Shown here: positions 13,392-25,270 of the stretch, in pieces | Layout of the letters: each line of letters opens with the position of its first letter | Position numbering within the stretch: position 1 is the stretch's first letter | Program-made: the position numbers and the translations under genes | Assembly: GCF_006345805.1 (NCBI RefSeq) | Contig: NW_021837026.1 | Span: forward strand, 1 to 64,000 | Reading direction: 5' to 3' | DNA length: 64,000 nt | Source of the DNA: Octopus sinensis | Lineage: Eukaryota | Notes under the pieces: model-generated | What the model was told of the DNA's origin: nothing | Database searches by the model: none | What the model saw: the letters and a program-made list of their open reading frames with translations, nothing else

Positions 13392-13940
13392 CAAAGTTGT
13401 TTTCTTTTACTGTGAGCTCTGTGTTTATACCTAACCATTTTTCGGGTGTCGTTACACAGGGATGTGTCTTGATTCTCAAGTCTATATTCCTGTTTCTGAG
13501 GATTGTCTTACTTTTCTGAGGATTGTCTTACGGAAAATTCCCAGGATCAACCGTAGAGGATCCACGCCCAGGTGGCAAAAATGGAAAAAAATATGTGTAA
13601 CAGGTGTAAAGCATCGTATATTGAAGGAATATGACGAAAAAAAAGCGCGCTGACAAACGGGGGTGGGTGGGGAGGGGGCTCGGAAAATTCCCAGGATCAA
13701 CCGTAGAGGATCCACGCCCAGGTGGCAAAAATGGAAAAAAATATGTGTAAGAGGTGTAAGGCATCGTATATTGAAGGAATATGACGAAAAAAAAGCGCGC
13801 TGACAAACGGGGGGGGGGGCTCGGAAAATTGCCTACGATAACTGACAACGTTAAAGAATTTGAAATAGAAGCGTGGTAGATTTGTTGAAAATAATCAGCA
13901 AATCTACCACGCATGTGGTAAGTACAGATTATATTTTCCC

Positions 13941-14742
13941 AATATTATTGATTGTCACAGAATAATTATCAATCGCAACTTCAAAAATTCAAATTCCATT
14001 ACTTCAGTTTTCAAATATTATTGATTGTCACAGAATAATTATCAATCGCAACTTCAAAAATTCAAATTCCATTACTTCAGTTTTCAAATATTATTGATTG
14101 TCACAGAATAATTATCAATCGCAACTTCAAAAATTCAAATTCCATTACTTCAGTTTTCAAATATTATTGATTGTCACAGAATATTTATCAATCGCAACTT
14201 CAAAAATTCAAATTCCATTACTTCAGTTTTCAAATATTATTGATTGTCACAGAATAATTATCAATCGCAACTTCAAAAATTCAAATTCCATTACTTCAGT
14301 TTTCAAATATTATTGATTGTCACAGAATAATTATCAATCGCAACTTCAAAAATTCAAATTCCATTACTTCAGTTTTCAATATTATTGATTGTCACAGAAT
14401 AATTATCAATCGCAACTTCAAAAATTCAAATTCCATTACTTCAGTTTTCAAATATTATTGATTGTCACAGAATAATTATCAATCGCAACTTCAAAAATTC
14501 AAATTCCATTACTTCAGTTTTCAAATATTATTGATTGTCACAGAATAATTATCAATCGCAACTTCAAAAATTCAAATTCCATTACTTCAGTTTTCAAATA
14601 TTATTGATTGTCACAGAATAATTATCAATCGCAACTTCAAAAATTCAAATTCCATTACTTCAGTTTTCAAATATTATTGATTGTCACAGAATAATTATCA
14701 ATCGCAACTTCAAAAATTCAAATTCCATTACTTCAGTTTTCA
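13941..14742. repeat. 73-bp tandem satellite, 11 copies
   Basis: Unit AATATTATTGATTGTCACAGAATAATTATCAATCGCAACTTCAAAAATTCAAATTCCATTACTTCAGTTTTCA; copies are near-identical (I saw one substitution and one 1-bp deletion). Confidence 0.95.
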
Positions 14743-14780
14743 CTTTTTGTTTGTAAAATAAAAAAAAATATATATATAGA

Positions 14781-15158
14781 CTAGCAGTATCGCCCGGCGT
14801 TGCTCGGGTTTGTAAGGGAAATAACTATAAAGCATTTTTAGCAAAAATATTGAAAAATATTGAAAATAGCAAAAAAATTGAAAAAAAATTATGGTAAATT
14901 TATTTTTGAGAGTTAAAAGGGTGGAGTTGCGTCCCCTAGACAGTCTGTGGTTTGTGTTTCTGATTCTCGACCCCATGTCGAATTTATCGATTTTTTTCAG
15001 AACTGGGGGAACTTTTCAAAATTTTCGCTGCGTTAGTTTTTAATTATGACATTGGGCTATGTGTGTGTCAAGTTTCATCAGAATCGGTTGAAAGCCGTGG
15101 TCAGGGTGAGGGTACAACCTGACAGACACACAGAAAAACTGCCGTTTATATATAGAGA
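14781..15158 (-). mobile_element. Non-autonomous Helitron
   Basis: On the minus strand: A|TCTCTATATATAAAC start, subterminal hairpin CCCGAGCAACGCCGGG, CTAG|T end, inserted at an AT dinucleotide. Confidence 0.75.
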
Positions 15159-15789
15159 TTTTTAGAGAGTTACTTCCCTTATGCCAACAATGCGTTTAAA
15201 ATGGTGAAAATTGATGGTAAATTTTTCTTTAAATCGTAGGCAATTTTCCGAGCCCCCTCCCCTCCCCGTTTGTCAACTCGCTTTTTTTTCGTCATATTCC
15301 TTCAATATACGATGCCTTACACCTGTTACACATTTTTTTTTCCATTTTTGCCACCTGGGCGTGGATCCTCTACGGTTGATCCTGGGAATTTTCCGAGCCC
15401 CCCCCCCACCCCCGTTCGTCAGCGCCCTTTTTTTCCGTCTTATTCCGTCAATATACGATGCCTTACAACTGTTACACATTTTAGTTTCCAGGTTGATCCT
15501 GGGAATTTTCCGAGCCCCCCCCCCCCCCACTCAGTAAATTATAAGGAAACAAGACAGAGGCGTAAATTATTCGAAACTCTTCCATATCCCACCGTCTCCG
15601 AGTTTTACACAAATAATTCGTAAATTCGTATATAATCGTAATCTACACAATCTGAAAAGTATTATCATCGTAATCTACATCACCAGAAATCTAGTAATAG
15701 AAAATTTTGAATTACCGTTAAGCCACAAAATCTTCCAACGATTTAATTCATACCACATGTAACACTCGAACCAAAGGTGTTTTTGAAAT

Positions 15790-16650
15790 GTCCACGTGCG
15801 CACACCCGCGCTAGCTAGTCGTGATTAGTCGATCCTACAACGACTGCCTAGCGCATGTGCGCGTATGCAAATTAATATTTGGGTTGTTTTTTTTTAAACA
15901 AAATAAATAATTTTTACAGAAAATAACTTCTTTTACACAAAGTAAATAATAGATGGGGATCTTTTCGGTTTGAACGGCAGTTTTTTCTAGCGGTGTCATA
16001 TGAAATTGTCACCCATAATTATGACCCGAGTATCGATCTATTGCATTTCAATCTATTTTAGGGTTAGGGTTAGTGGGAAGGGTATCTTTTTTTATTCACA
16101 AATGTAGATAAACCCAGTCTGTTTCTTAAACGAGGGACATATTCATACGGCAAAGAATGTTTTTTAGCTCTATGGACGTCATTGATTAGTTGAAATTGCA
16201 GAAATTGAAGGAAAAACCCCCCAAATATCTTACAAACTATAGAATTTTCTCAATAAAGCCAAGAGAAAAAGATGTTTTAAAAACACAATCTACCAGTATA
16301 CGAAGTTTAAAAGTGTTTAGTTACGTGGAAATTATGTTAAAAACTGCCGTTCAAACCGAAAAGATCCATAGATGGATTTTTTTGAAACAAAATAAATAAT
16401 TTTTACACAAAGTAAATAATTTTTTTAAATAAATAAAAACACAAAGTAAATTTTTAAACAAAATAAATAAATTTTTCTAAACAAATTAAATAAAAATAAC
16501 ACACTACGGGTGTAAAGAAATTATTTATTTTGTTTAAAAAAAAACATTAATTTGCATACGCGCACTCGCGCTAGGTACTCATTATAGGATCGACTAATCA
16601 CGACTAGCCACCGCGGATGCGTGCACCGGGAGCACTCATCTTAAACAGTA
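15790..16650. mobile_element. CpG-rich inverted-repeat element hosting a nested MITE
   Basis: CTAGTCGTGATTAGTCGATCCTA...GCGCGTATGCAAATTAAT versus ATTAATTTGCATACGCGC...TAGGATCGACTAATCACGACTAG. Confidence 0.6.
15957..16367. mobile_element. GGATC-TIR MITE with 8-bp TSD
   Basis: TSD ATAGATGG on both sides; 411 bp. Confidence 0.88.
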
Positions 16651-16911
16651 CTCCGTTAAAGCTATATGGGGTGTTTGTAATCGACTTTCTCTTCGCCTCA
16701 AACATTGCTGGTCCTGGGCCAAAATTGAAAACCATCACCATCATCGTTACTATTATTAATATAACCTTCAAGTAAGTCTTTATCAACTCACCAATTACTT
16801 AGTGTCTCATTAACAAACAAGACAACACTAATTAATGTGGTTTTCTCTGATCGGTTTCCTCTCATTTTACTAATTAATTATGCTACATTATATATATATA
16901 TATATATATAT

Positions 16912-17123
16912 ACTCTTTTACTTGTTTCAGTCATTTGACTGCGGCCATGCTGGAGCACCGCATTTAATCGAGCAACTCGATCCCGGGTCTTATTCTTTTG
17001 TAAGCCCAGTACTTATTCTATCTGTCTCTTTCGGCCGAACCGCTAAGTAACGGGAACATAAACACACCAGCATCGGTTGTCAAGCAATGCTACGGGGACA
17101 AACACAGACACACAAACACACAC

Positions 17124-17156
<33 letters not shown>

Positions 17157-17164
17157 TACATATA

Positions 17165-17242
<78 letters not shown>

Positions 17243-17420
17243 TATACACATATATACGTATATATATATACACATATATACGACAGGCTTCTTTCAGTTT
17301 CCGTCTACCAAATCCACTCACAAGGCTTTGGTCGGCCCGGGGCTATAGTAGAAGACACTCGCCCAAGGTGCCACGCAGTGGGACTGAACCCGGAACCATG
17401 TGGTTGGTAAACAAGCTACT
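16912..17420 (-). mobile_element. SINE family A with expanded (TA)n microsatellite (about 17125-17280)
   Basis: Family A ends flanking a long TA/TATG tract. Confidence 0.85.
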
Positions 17421-17776
17421 TAACACTAATTACGCTACATTACTCTCATTTTACCAACGAATTTCCTTTATATTACATGTAATTCTCATAAACAACAGGT
17501 CGACATTTCAGTTAAGAATTTATTAATTAGGATGAGGAAATATATTTTCCTGATGCTGTTTTGTTTTCGCTTCGAAAAATAATTACTTTAACATCGAGAG
17601 GTTCACATAATTCTATCATTTACATTATTATCATTATCACCATTACAACCTTAAAGTATATCTTTGTCAACTCACCGTATTCAGATACAAACAACGAGTC
17701 AGTGGTCAGTAATTAAAAACCTTAATTGATAATTTAAATGGCGCTTGTTTCAAGTGTTGCAGCAGTTATTTCCCTT

Positions 17777-18846
17777 CCTCTATCTATCCGCTCAGTCGAA
17801 GTCGACTCTCGGTCACTCGTTGGATCAGTGTCAGTTCTATCCTAGGCCGCTTCCTTCAGATTGGCCATGTCCATTCCGGTATCACTCTTGATGGTGTCAA
17901 GCCAGCGGGTTCTTGGTCGGCCTCATCCTCTCTTGTCACTGACCATTCCAAGCATGATGTCCTTCTACAGGGATTTTCTCTGCATAATATGACCGAAATA
18001 TGCCAATCTATGCTCGGTGATCCAAGCTTCTAGCAACATTTTTGGCCTGATCTGCTTAAGAATTTCTCCATTGACCAGCACCGTGTATATATATATCTAT
18101 TTATCTATCCGTTCAGTCGAAGTCGACTATCGGTCACTCGTTGGATCAGTGTCCTCCAGTCAGTTCTATCCTTTCAGATTGGCCATGTCCATTCTGGTAT
18201 CACTCTTGATGGTGTCAAGCCAGCGGGTTCTTGGTCGGCCTCTTCCTCTCTTGTCACTGACCATTCCAAGCATGATGTCCTTCTACAGGGATTTTCTCTG
18301 CATAATATGACCGAAATATGCCAATCTATGCTTGATGGTCCAAGCTTCTAGCAACATTTTCGGCCTGATCTGATTAAGAATTTCTCCATTGACCAGCACC
18401 ATATATATATATATATTTATCTATCCGCTCAGTCGAAGTCGACTCTCAGTCACTCGTTGGATCAGTGTCCTCCAGTCAGTTCTATCCTGGGCCGCTTCTT
18501 TCAGATTGGCTATGTCCATTCCGGTATCACTGTTGATGGTGTCAAGCCAGCGGGTTCTTGGTCGGCCTCTTCCTCTCTTGCCACTGACCATTTCAAGCAT
18601 GATGTCCTTCTCCAGGGATTTTCTCTGCATAATATGACCGAAATATGCCAATCTACGCTTGGTGATCCCAGCTTCTAGTGACATTTTCGGCCTGATCTGA
18701 TTAAGAACTTCTCCATTGGTGAGCCTCGCTTTCCATGGAATCCGCAAAAGTCTTCTCCAACACCAAAGCTTGAATGCATTAATTCTCTTCTGGTCAGCTT
18801 TCTTTAGTGTCCAGGTCTCGCATCCATATGTTGCTATTGGGAAGAC
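17777..18846 (-). mobile_element. RTE-clade (BovB-like) LINE 3' end, triplicated
   Basis: VFPIATYGCETWTLKKADQKRINAFKLWCWRRLLRIPW...GKRGRGRPRTRWLD. Three tandem 3' ends, each with a GATA/TA tail; TTTCCC(C)TT on both flanks. Confidence 0.85.
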
Positions 18847-19073
18847 AATTTCCCTTTATATGATTGTATTTTTTTAATTCTCCAATAGATGGCTCTACTA
18901 ACTGGTTGGATTTATTTCAGTCTTTTACTTTGTCTAATTCTGTGAACAACTTCACCATCACATTTCCACCAAGTGATTCGAAGAAGGTCTAGTCAAGACA
19001 CATCTCCGTATAAGATCACCCGAAAAATTGTTGGGTACAAACACAGAGCTCACAGCAAAAGAAAACAACTTTG

Positions 19074-19487
19074 GGATCTTTTCGGTATGAACGGCAAATT
19101 TTTCCAGTGGTGTCATATGAAATTGTCTCCCATAATTATGACCTTAGTATCGATCTATTGCATTTCAATCTGTTTTAGGGTTAGGGGTGGGGGAAAGGGT
19201 ATATTTTTTTTCTTCACAAATGTAAATAAACCCAATCTGTTTCTTAAACGAGGGGCATATTCATACGGCACAGAATGTTTTCGCCTCAATAGACGTCAGT
19301 GATTGGTTGAAATTGCAGAAATTGAAGAAAAACAACAACAAATATCTTACAAACTATAGAATTTTCTCAATAAAGCCAAGAAAAAAAAATGTTTTATATA
19401 CACATTCTACCAGTATACAAAGTTTAAAAGTGTTTAATTACGTGGAAATTATTTTTTAAAAAACTGCCAGTCAAACCGAACAGATCC
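19074..19487. mobile_element. GGATC-TIR MITE
   Basis: Both TIRs present; the left flank CAACTTTG is the reverse complement of the TSD of the 12988 copy. Confidence 0.85.
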
Positions 19488-20585
19488 GACTATACAACAC
19501 ATTGCCCACAAATGCAGGAACCATGTTCAGGGTAGTTAATTTAATTCATAGGATTTCTCCCTTTCAAATGTCCCCCTCGTCAGCCTTAATTTTGTTTTCT
19601 TCACTATTGAATATATTGTTGTCCATTTTGATTTCATCAGCATCAACTTGGATGTCGTCCCCCTAAAACAGAAAAGGGATCTTCACCTTTTGACCTACAT
19701 ATTTCAAAAATAACTTTTTGTAACTAAACACTTTCAAACTTAGGACACTTGTAGAATGTGTCATATAAAACGTGTTTTACTCTTAGCATTTTTGAGAAAA
19801 ACTTGGATACACGATGTGTGACTGGAAATCGAACTTGCAACCTTACGATTGGAGGCATATACTCTACCGACTAGGGGGCCATATACTCTAGCCACTTCAC
19901 AGTGAAATGAGTGGAAAACGGCTAAGTATTTAGAGAAATGTTGAATCGATTCATCTATATACAGAATGTTGTAAAAGTTTCAAACCCTCAATGGATTCTG
20001 ACCCATGCAAACATAGACATTAAATGGATGACAGTGTTGATGTTGTAAGATTTGCAATGTTGAATTACTATGTCATTTAATGATTCTCTTTATCTCACTG
20101 CTTCTTTTTCTATTTCAGAATATCGCATCATGGTGACGTAAAAGAAATTTCTTCGTTCAGACATGCCCCTGATATTTCTGTTGACTTTCATCAATTAGAG
20201 GAAGACCATATGTTCATAAGGCACATTCATCAACGCATCGACTTCTTTGTATAAATGAAATCTTCAACAAACGATGGGAAAATATTTCTTCTGGACAATG
20301 TAATTAACAGCAACATTTACTTGCCTTCACTGTTTGGAATGTAAAAAAGGTGATTGCTTGGTTAATTAAGCTTGGATAAATTTACAAAAGTTTTAACTGT
20401 TTACATCTGCCGTTTTAGATATTAAGCAAGAACACAGATGAAAGAAACACAGTGTTAAATTATTCTCTGAAAATACTGACACAACTGGACACAGATATCG
20501 TCGTTTAACGTCCGTTCTCCATGCTAGCATGGGTTGGACAAAAATCGTTATCATTGTGTTACGTATGAGAAATTAGTATCTTATA

Positions 20586-21806
20586 ATGAATGATTTAAGA
20601 AAACCAAACAAACCTGATTCAGGTGAGAAGCCATATCACTGTGATATCTGTGGTAAAACATTCACTGAAGAAACAGTCTTGACCAAACACAAATGCATTG
20701 ATACAGGAGAGAAATCACATCACTGTGATATCTGTGGTAAATCATTCTCTAAAAATAGTCATTTGACTCGTCACAAACATATTCATACTGGAAACAAAGC
20801 ATATCACTGTGATGTCTGTGGTAAATCATTTTCCCGAAATTGTCACTTGATTAATCACATACGTATTCATACAGGGGAAAGACCATATCGTTGTGATATC
20901 TGTGGTGAATCATTTTCTCAAAGGAATCACTTGACTAAACACAAACTTACGCATACAGGAGAGAAAGCATATCATTGTAATATTTGCGGTAAATCATTCT
21001 CTCAAAGTAGTTCTTTGACTATTCACGTACGTACACATACAGGAGAGAAGCCATATCATTGCAATATCTGTGGTAAATCATTCTCTCGAAGTAGTGACTT
21101 GTATAGACACAAACGTACACATACGGGAGAAAAACCATATCATTGTGATATCTGTGGTAAATCATTCTCTCGAAGTAGTGACTTGTATAGACACAAACGT
21201 ACACATACGGGAGAAAAACCATATCATTGTGACTTCTGTGGTAAATCATTTTCTGAAAGTGGTCACTTGACTAATCACATACGTATTCATACTGGGGAAA
21301 ATCCATATCATTGTGATATCTGTGGTGAATCATTTTCTCATAATAACTCTTTAACTTATCACAAACGTGTTCATACAGGTGAGAAGCCATATCATTGTGA
21401 TATCTGTGGTAAATCTTTCTTTCTAAATAGTAACTTAACAACACACAAACGTATTCACACAGGAGAGAAGCCATATCATTGTGATATCTGTGATAAATCA
21501 TTCTCTAGAAATAATCATTTGACTCGTCACAAACATATTCATACTGGAGAAAAACCATATCTTTGTGATATCTGTGATAAATCATTTTCATGTAATAATG
21601 ACTTGAGTAAACATAAACGTATCCATACTGGGGAAAAGCCATATCAGTGTGATATCTGTGGCAAATCATTCTCTCATAGTACCACTTTAACTAGTCACAA
21701 ACGTATTCATACAGGAGAAAAGCCATGTCATTGTAATATCTGTGGTAAATCATTCTCTCAAAAAGGCTACTTAAGTACACATTGGAGTATTCATACACAA
21801 GTGTAA
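20586..21806 (+). CDS. G4: C2H2 zinc-finger protein, 13 fingers plus 1 degenerate
   Basis: Intact 406-aa [20 protein letters not shown]...IHTQV*. Confidence 0.93.
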   Translation: MNDLRKPNKPDSGEKPYHCDICGKTFTEETVLTKHKCIDTGEKSHHCDICGKSFSKNSHLTRHKHIHTGNKAYHCDVCGKSFSRNCHLINHIRIHTGERPYRCDICGESFSQRNHLTKHKLTHTGEKAYHCNICGKSFSQSSSLTIHVRTHTGEKPYHCNICGKSFSRSSDLYRHKRTHTGEKPYHCDICGKSFSRSSDLYRHKRTHTGEKPYHCDFCGKSFSESGHLTNHIRIHTGENPYHCDICGESFSHNNSLTYHKRVHTGEKPYHCDICGKSFFLNSNLTTHKRIHTGEKPYHCDICDKSFSRNNHLTRHKHIHTGEKPYLCDICDKSFSCNNDLSKHKRIHTGEKPYQCDICGKSFSHSTTLTSHKRIHTGEKPCHCNICGKSFSQKGYLSTHWSIHTQV

Positions 21807-22255
21807 CTGTATCAATATCAAAATTTATTAAAACATGACAACAATTATGAACATTTTGTCTGCTAAAAGACAGGGTTTATTCCTCTTCAAGCTTGATATT
21901 ATCAACTTCAGTTTCTTGGATGTCAAAATGAAATTCATGAATCACAACTTCAATATCATTTATATATCTAAATATGTCAACACAGAGATGACTTTGATTT
22001 CTGAAGAGGATTGTGCTGGATTTTTGAGGAATTTGTTATGAGAGAATAAAGGAATGGGAATGAGGAATAAAAGTTTTAAGTGACATTGATTTTGTCTTTG
22101 TTGTGTTTTCATCATCATCATCCTCTAACATCCATTTTTAGCATCCGTCTTCTATGCAGGCTTTGATGGGAAAGTGTGACATGAGCTGGCAAGCCAGAGT
22201 GCTGCTCCATGTTCCTGTCAGATTGGGCTTCGTTGCTTTGGCTCTCTGCCCTTAA

Positions 22256-22976
22256 CCCCTTCAATACCAACCCATGTGAAACCACCTCTGGCTCTGTAGT
22301 GCAAATGTCTTGTTATCATAAATTTTGAATTAAAATCTTCCACCAAACCTTAGTCACAATTTATGTTCCTAACACTATCTTAATGATAATGAAGTTATTT
22401 TACTAAATTCTTTGTTATATTTAAAATTAATTGAAGGAAACACAGAGCATCTCAACAGAAGTATGCTAACAAAAGGGTTAAAATATATAATAGAGAAACA
22501 ATTCTTAACCCTTTTGATACCAACCTACCTGAAACCACCTCTGGCTCTGTAGTGCAAATGTCTTGTTATCATAAGTTCTGAATTAAAATCTTCCATCAAA
22601 CCTTAGTCTCATTTTATGTTCCTAACACTATCTTAATGATAATGAAGTTATTTTACTAAATTCTTTGTTATATTTAAAATTAATTGAAAGAAACAGCATC
22701 TCAACAGAAGTATGCTAACAAAAGGGTTAAAATATATAATAGAGAAACAATTCTTAACCCTTTTGATACCAACCTACCTGAAACCACCTCTGGCTCTTTA
22801 ATATAAATGTCTTGTTATAAATTTTGAATTAAAATCTTCCACCAAATCTTACTCATAATTTATGTTCCTAACACTAGCTTAACGATAATGAAGTTATTTT
22901 ACTAAATTCTTTGTTATATTTAAAATTAATTGAAGGAAACACAGAGCATCTCAACAGAAATATGGTAATGAAAGGG
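22256..22976. mobile_element. piggyBac-like MITE, three tandem copies
   Basis: Copies at 22256-22477, 22509-22726 and 22758-22976, separated by the identical spacer TTAAAATATATAATAGAGAAACAATTCTTAA. Confidence 0.8.
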
Positions 22977-23459
22977 TTAAGATACATAGCGCATTTTATA
23001 AATATTCCTGTTCAAGAATCATAACAGTATCAAACAAGTAGTAGCGCTTTCAGTTGTGTATTTAATTTGATATATGTATTTGTGTGAACATGATATCAGT
23101 CTGACAACTAAAATAATAGAAATCTTGTATTTTGAGTATTTTTTTATATGAGGCAGAAGCATGGACTCCCCTCTACGAAGAAATAGAAAAGCTGAAATTT
23201 TTTCGCATGTGGTGTTTCAAGCACAACATATGCAGCAAAATGGCAAGATAAGACATTAAATGTAAAAATTTTAGTAAAATGTGATATGTCCAGTATCCAA
23301 GGCATACGGATGAGAATTCAGTGCAGATGGGTAGGAGATGTTTTCCAAAGACGAAATGATCACATTCCAAAAATTCTTCTGTAAGGCCAACAAGTGGCAG
23401 AGGAACTCGTCTGGTCCCCGTGCCGGTGGCACGTAAAGAGCACCATCCAAGCGTGGTCG

Positions 23460-23980
23460 CTGCCAGACTCCTCTGGCACCTGTTGCTCGATTAAAGGCGG
23501 TGCTCCAGCATGGCTGCGGTCAAATGACTGAAACAAGTAAAAGAGTAACACTTTTGTTCCTGGTTAATTTAACGTATATATTTCTTTACTGGCCACAAGG
23601 GGCTAAACATACAGGGAACAAAGGGATTAAGTCGATTACATTGACCCCAGTGCGAAACTGGTACTTTATTTGTAGACCCCGAAAGGATGAAAGGCAAAGT
23701 CGACCTTGGCGGAATTTGAACTCAGAACGTAACGGCAGACGAAATACCTATTTCTTTACTACCCACAAGGGGCTAAACACAGAGGGAACAAACAAGGACA
23801 GACAAAGGGATTAAGTCAGTTACATCGACCCTAGTGCGTAACTGGTACTTAATTTATTGACCACGAAAGGATGAAAGGCAAAATCGACCTCGGCGGAATT
23901 TGAACTCAGAACGTAACGACAGACGAAATACTGGTAAGCGATTCGCCCAGCGCACTAACGTGTCTGCCAGCTTGCCGCTT
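23460..23980. mobile_element. SINE A 3' piece followed by two reverse SINE B copies
   Basis: GCTCGATTAAAGGCGGTGCTCCAGC; then GGATGAAAGGCAAAGTCGACC...GAACTCAGAACGTAACG twice. Confidence 0.7.
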
Positions 23981-24002
23981 TTTTAAATTTTACGTATAGC
24001 TT

Positions 24003-24330
24003 AAGGTGCAGGCTCAGTGGTTAGAGCGTCGAGCTTACGATCATGAGGTTGTGAGTTCAAATCCCGGACCGGGCTGCGTGTTGTGTTCTTGAGCAAGACA
24101 CTTTATTTCACGTTGCTCCAATTCACTCAGCTGCAGAAATGAGTTGCGACATAACAGGTGCCAAGCTGTATCGGCCCCTTTGCCTTTCTCCTTGGATAAC
24201 ACTGGTATGCATGGGTGATTGCTGGTCTTCCATAAACAACCTCGCCCAGAATTGTGCCTGGGAGGGTATCTTTAGAGGTGCAATTCCATGGTCTGTGTCG
24301 TGACCGAAGTGGTCTCAAGGTCCACAACAT
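24003..24330 (+). mobile_element. tRNA-derived SINE family C (CAGTGGTTAGAGCGTCG...GTTCAAATCCCGG)
   Basis: A-box and B-box-like head; second copy at 35281-35560 and a partial reverse copy at 62030-62160. Confidence 0.75.
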
Positions 24331-24529
24331 GGTGGGAGATAGAGAGGGTGGGTCATGATGAGTATTCCAGATAACGTCTGGATAGAATGCGACGTCACAT
24401 GTGGGATATTCAAAGTGTAATTAGCTTTAATGATAACAAAGTGGGAGGCGGCCCCATGACACTGTGTATATTTCAATGGAAGCATCCTCACCACAACTGA
24501 ATGGATGGTTATGAAACAATAGAGGGGCA

Positions 24530-25270
24530 GTCATCGTTAATCGCCTGGAAGCCTTTCAGCAACATGCAACCAAGAGAATACCCTCCATCAGGCATTTGCC
24601 ATATTCTGAAAGCCTTACTTCCCTGGGCATAGATACATTGAAACTCTGACTTGGCAGATACCCATAAAATTATTAACCATCTTACTAACAATAAGTCTGA
24701 GCACCTTTTCAAACTCCATCCATCTAACACCCATGGACATGTTTACAAAGCCAGAAAACAGCACAGCTCCCATGACTTTTGGAAACATTTTAGAATACCC
24801 TCCATCAGGCATTTGCCATATTCTAAACGCCTTACTTCCCTGGGCATGGACACATTGAAACTCCGTCTGGCAGCTGACTTGGCAGACACCCATAAAATTA
24901 TCAACCATCTTACAAACAATAACTCTGAGTACCTTTTCAAACTCCACCTGTCTAACACCTGTGAACATGTTTACAAAGTCAGAAAACAGCACAGTTCCCA
25001 TGACTTTCGGAAACATGTTTTCACGCTAAGAGTTGCTGAAGTATAGAACAAAACGCCAGCATCAGTTGTTAGTTGTCGGACCACTGCATCCTTCAAAACT
25101 TCCATGCTTCCTGAGATTCTCCAACACTACACCTGACTTTCTCCCCTCCATACACATGCAAGCATCTATCTGACTCATACACTGTTCGCTTCCCAGACAT
25201 TTGTACATTACTGCATATGCTTTATACGCACTTTTGACAAGTTGTGGTGCACCTGAGCACTGTATACAAT
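24530..25270 (+). mobile_element. CR1-clade LINE 3' end with internal tandem duplication
   Basis: RIPSIRHLPYSKRLTSLGMDTLKLR...ADTHKIINHLTNNNSE...FTLRVAE. Confidence 0.8.

Larger units (their letters stand above)
13528..15610. mobile_element. Foldback-like structure: inverted arms 13528-13830 and 15232-15530 made of about 150-bp subrepeats
   Basis: GGAAAATTCCCAGGATCAACCGTAGAGGATCCACGCCCAGG repeats, reverse-complemented in the right arm. No TSD found. Confidence 0.65.

Noticed and set aside
13941-14742. Regular array resembling CRISPR
   Set aside because: Units are contiguous and identical with no unique spacers, there are no cas genes, and the context is eukaryotic; it is a satellite.
17043-17526. 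ORFs rich in YI/IY
   Set aside because: Translation of a (TA)n microsatellite inside a SINE.
20118-20586. KRAB, SCAN, BTB or ZAD effector domain upstream of the fingers
   Set aside because: No such motif was seen in any frame of the leaders or spacers; an exon outside the recognised regions cannot be excluded.
24003-24080. tRNA-like sequences (also the heads of SINE A and B)
   Set aside because: They continue directly into multi-copy SINE bodies, and I could not fold a full cloverleaf; not called as tRNA genes.
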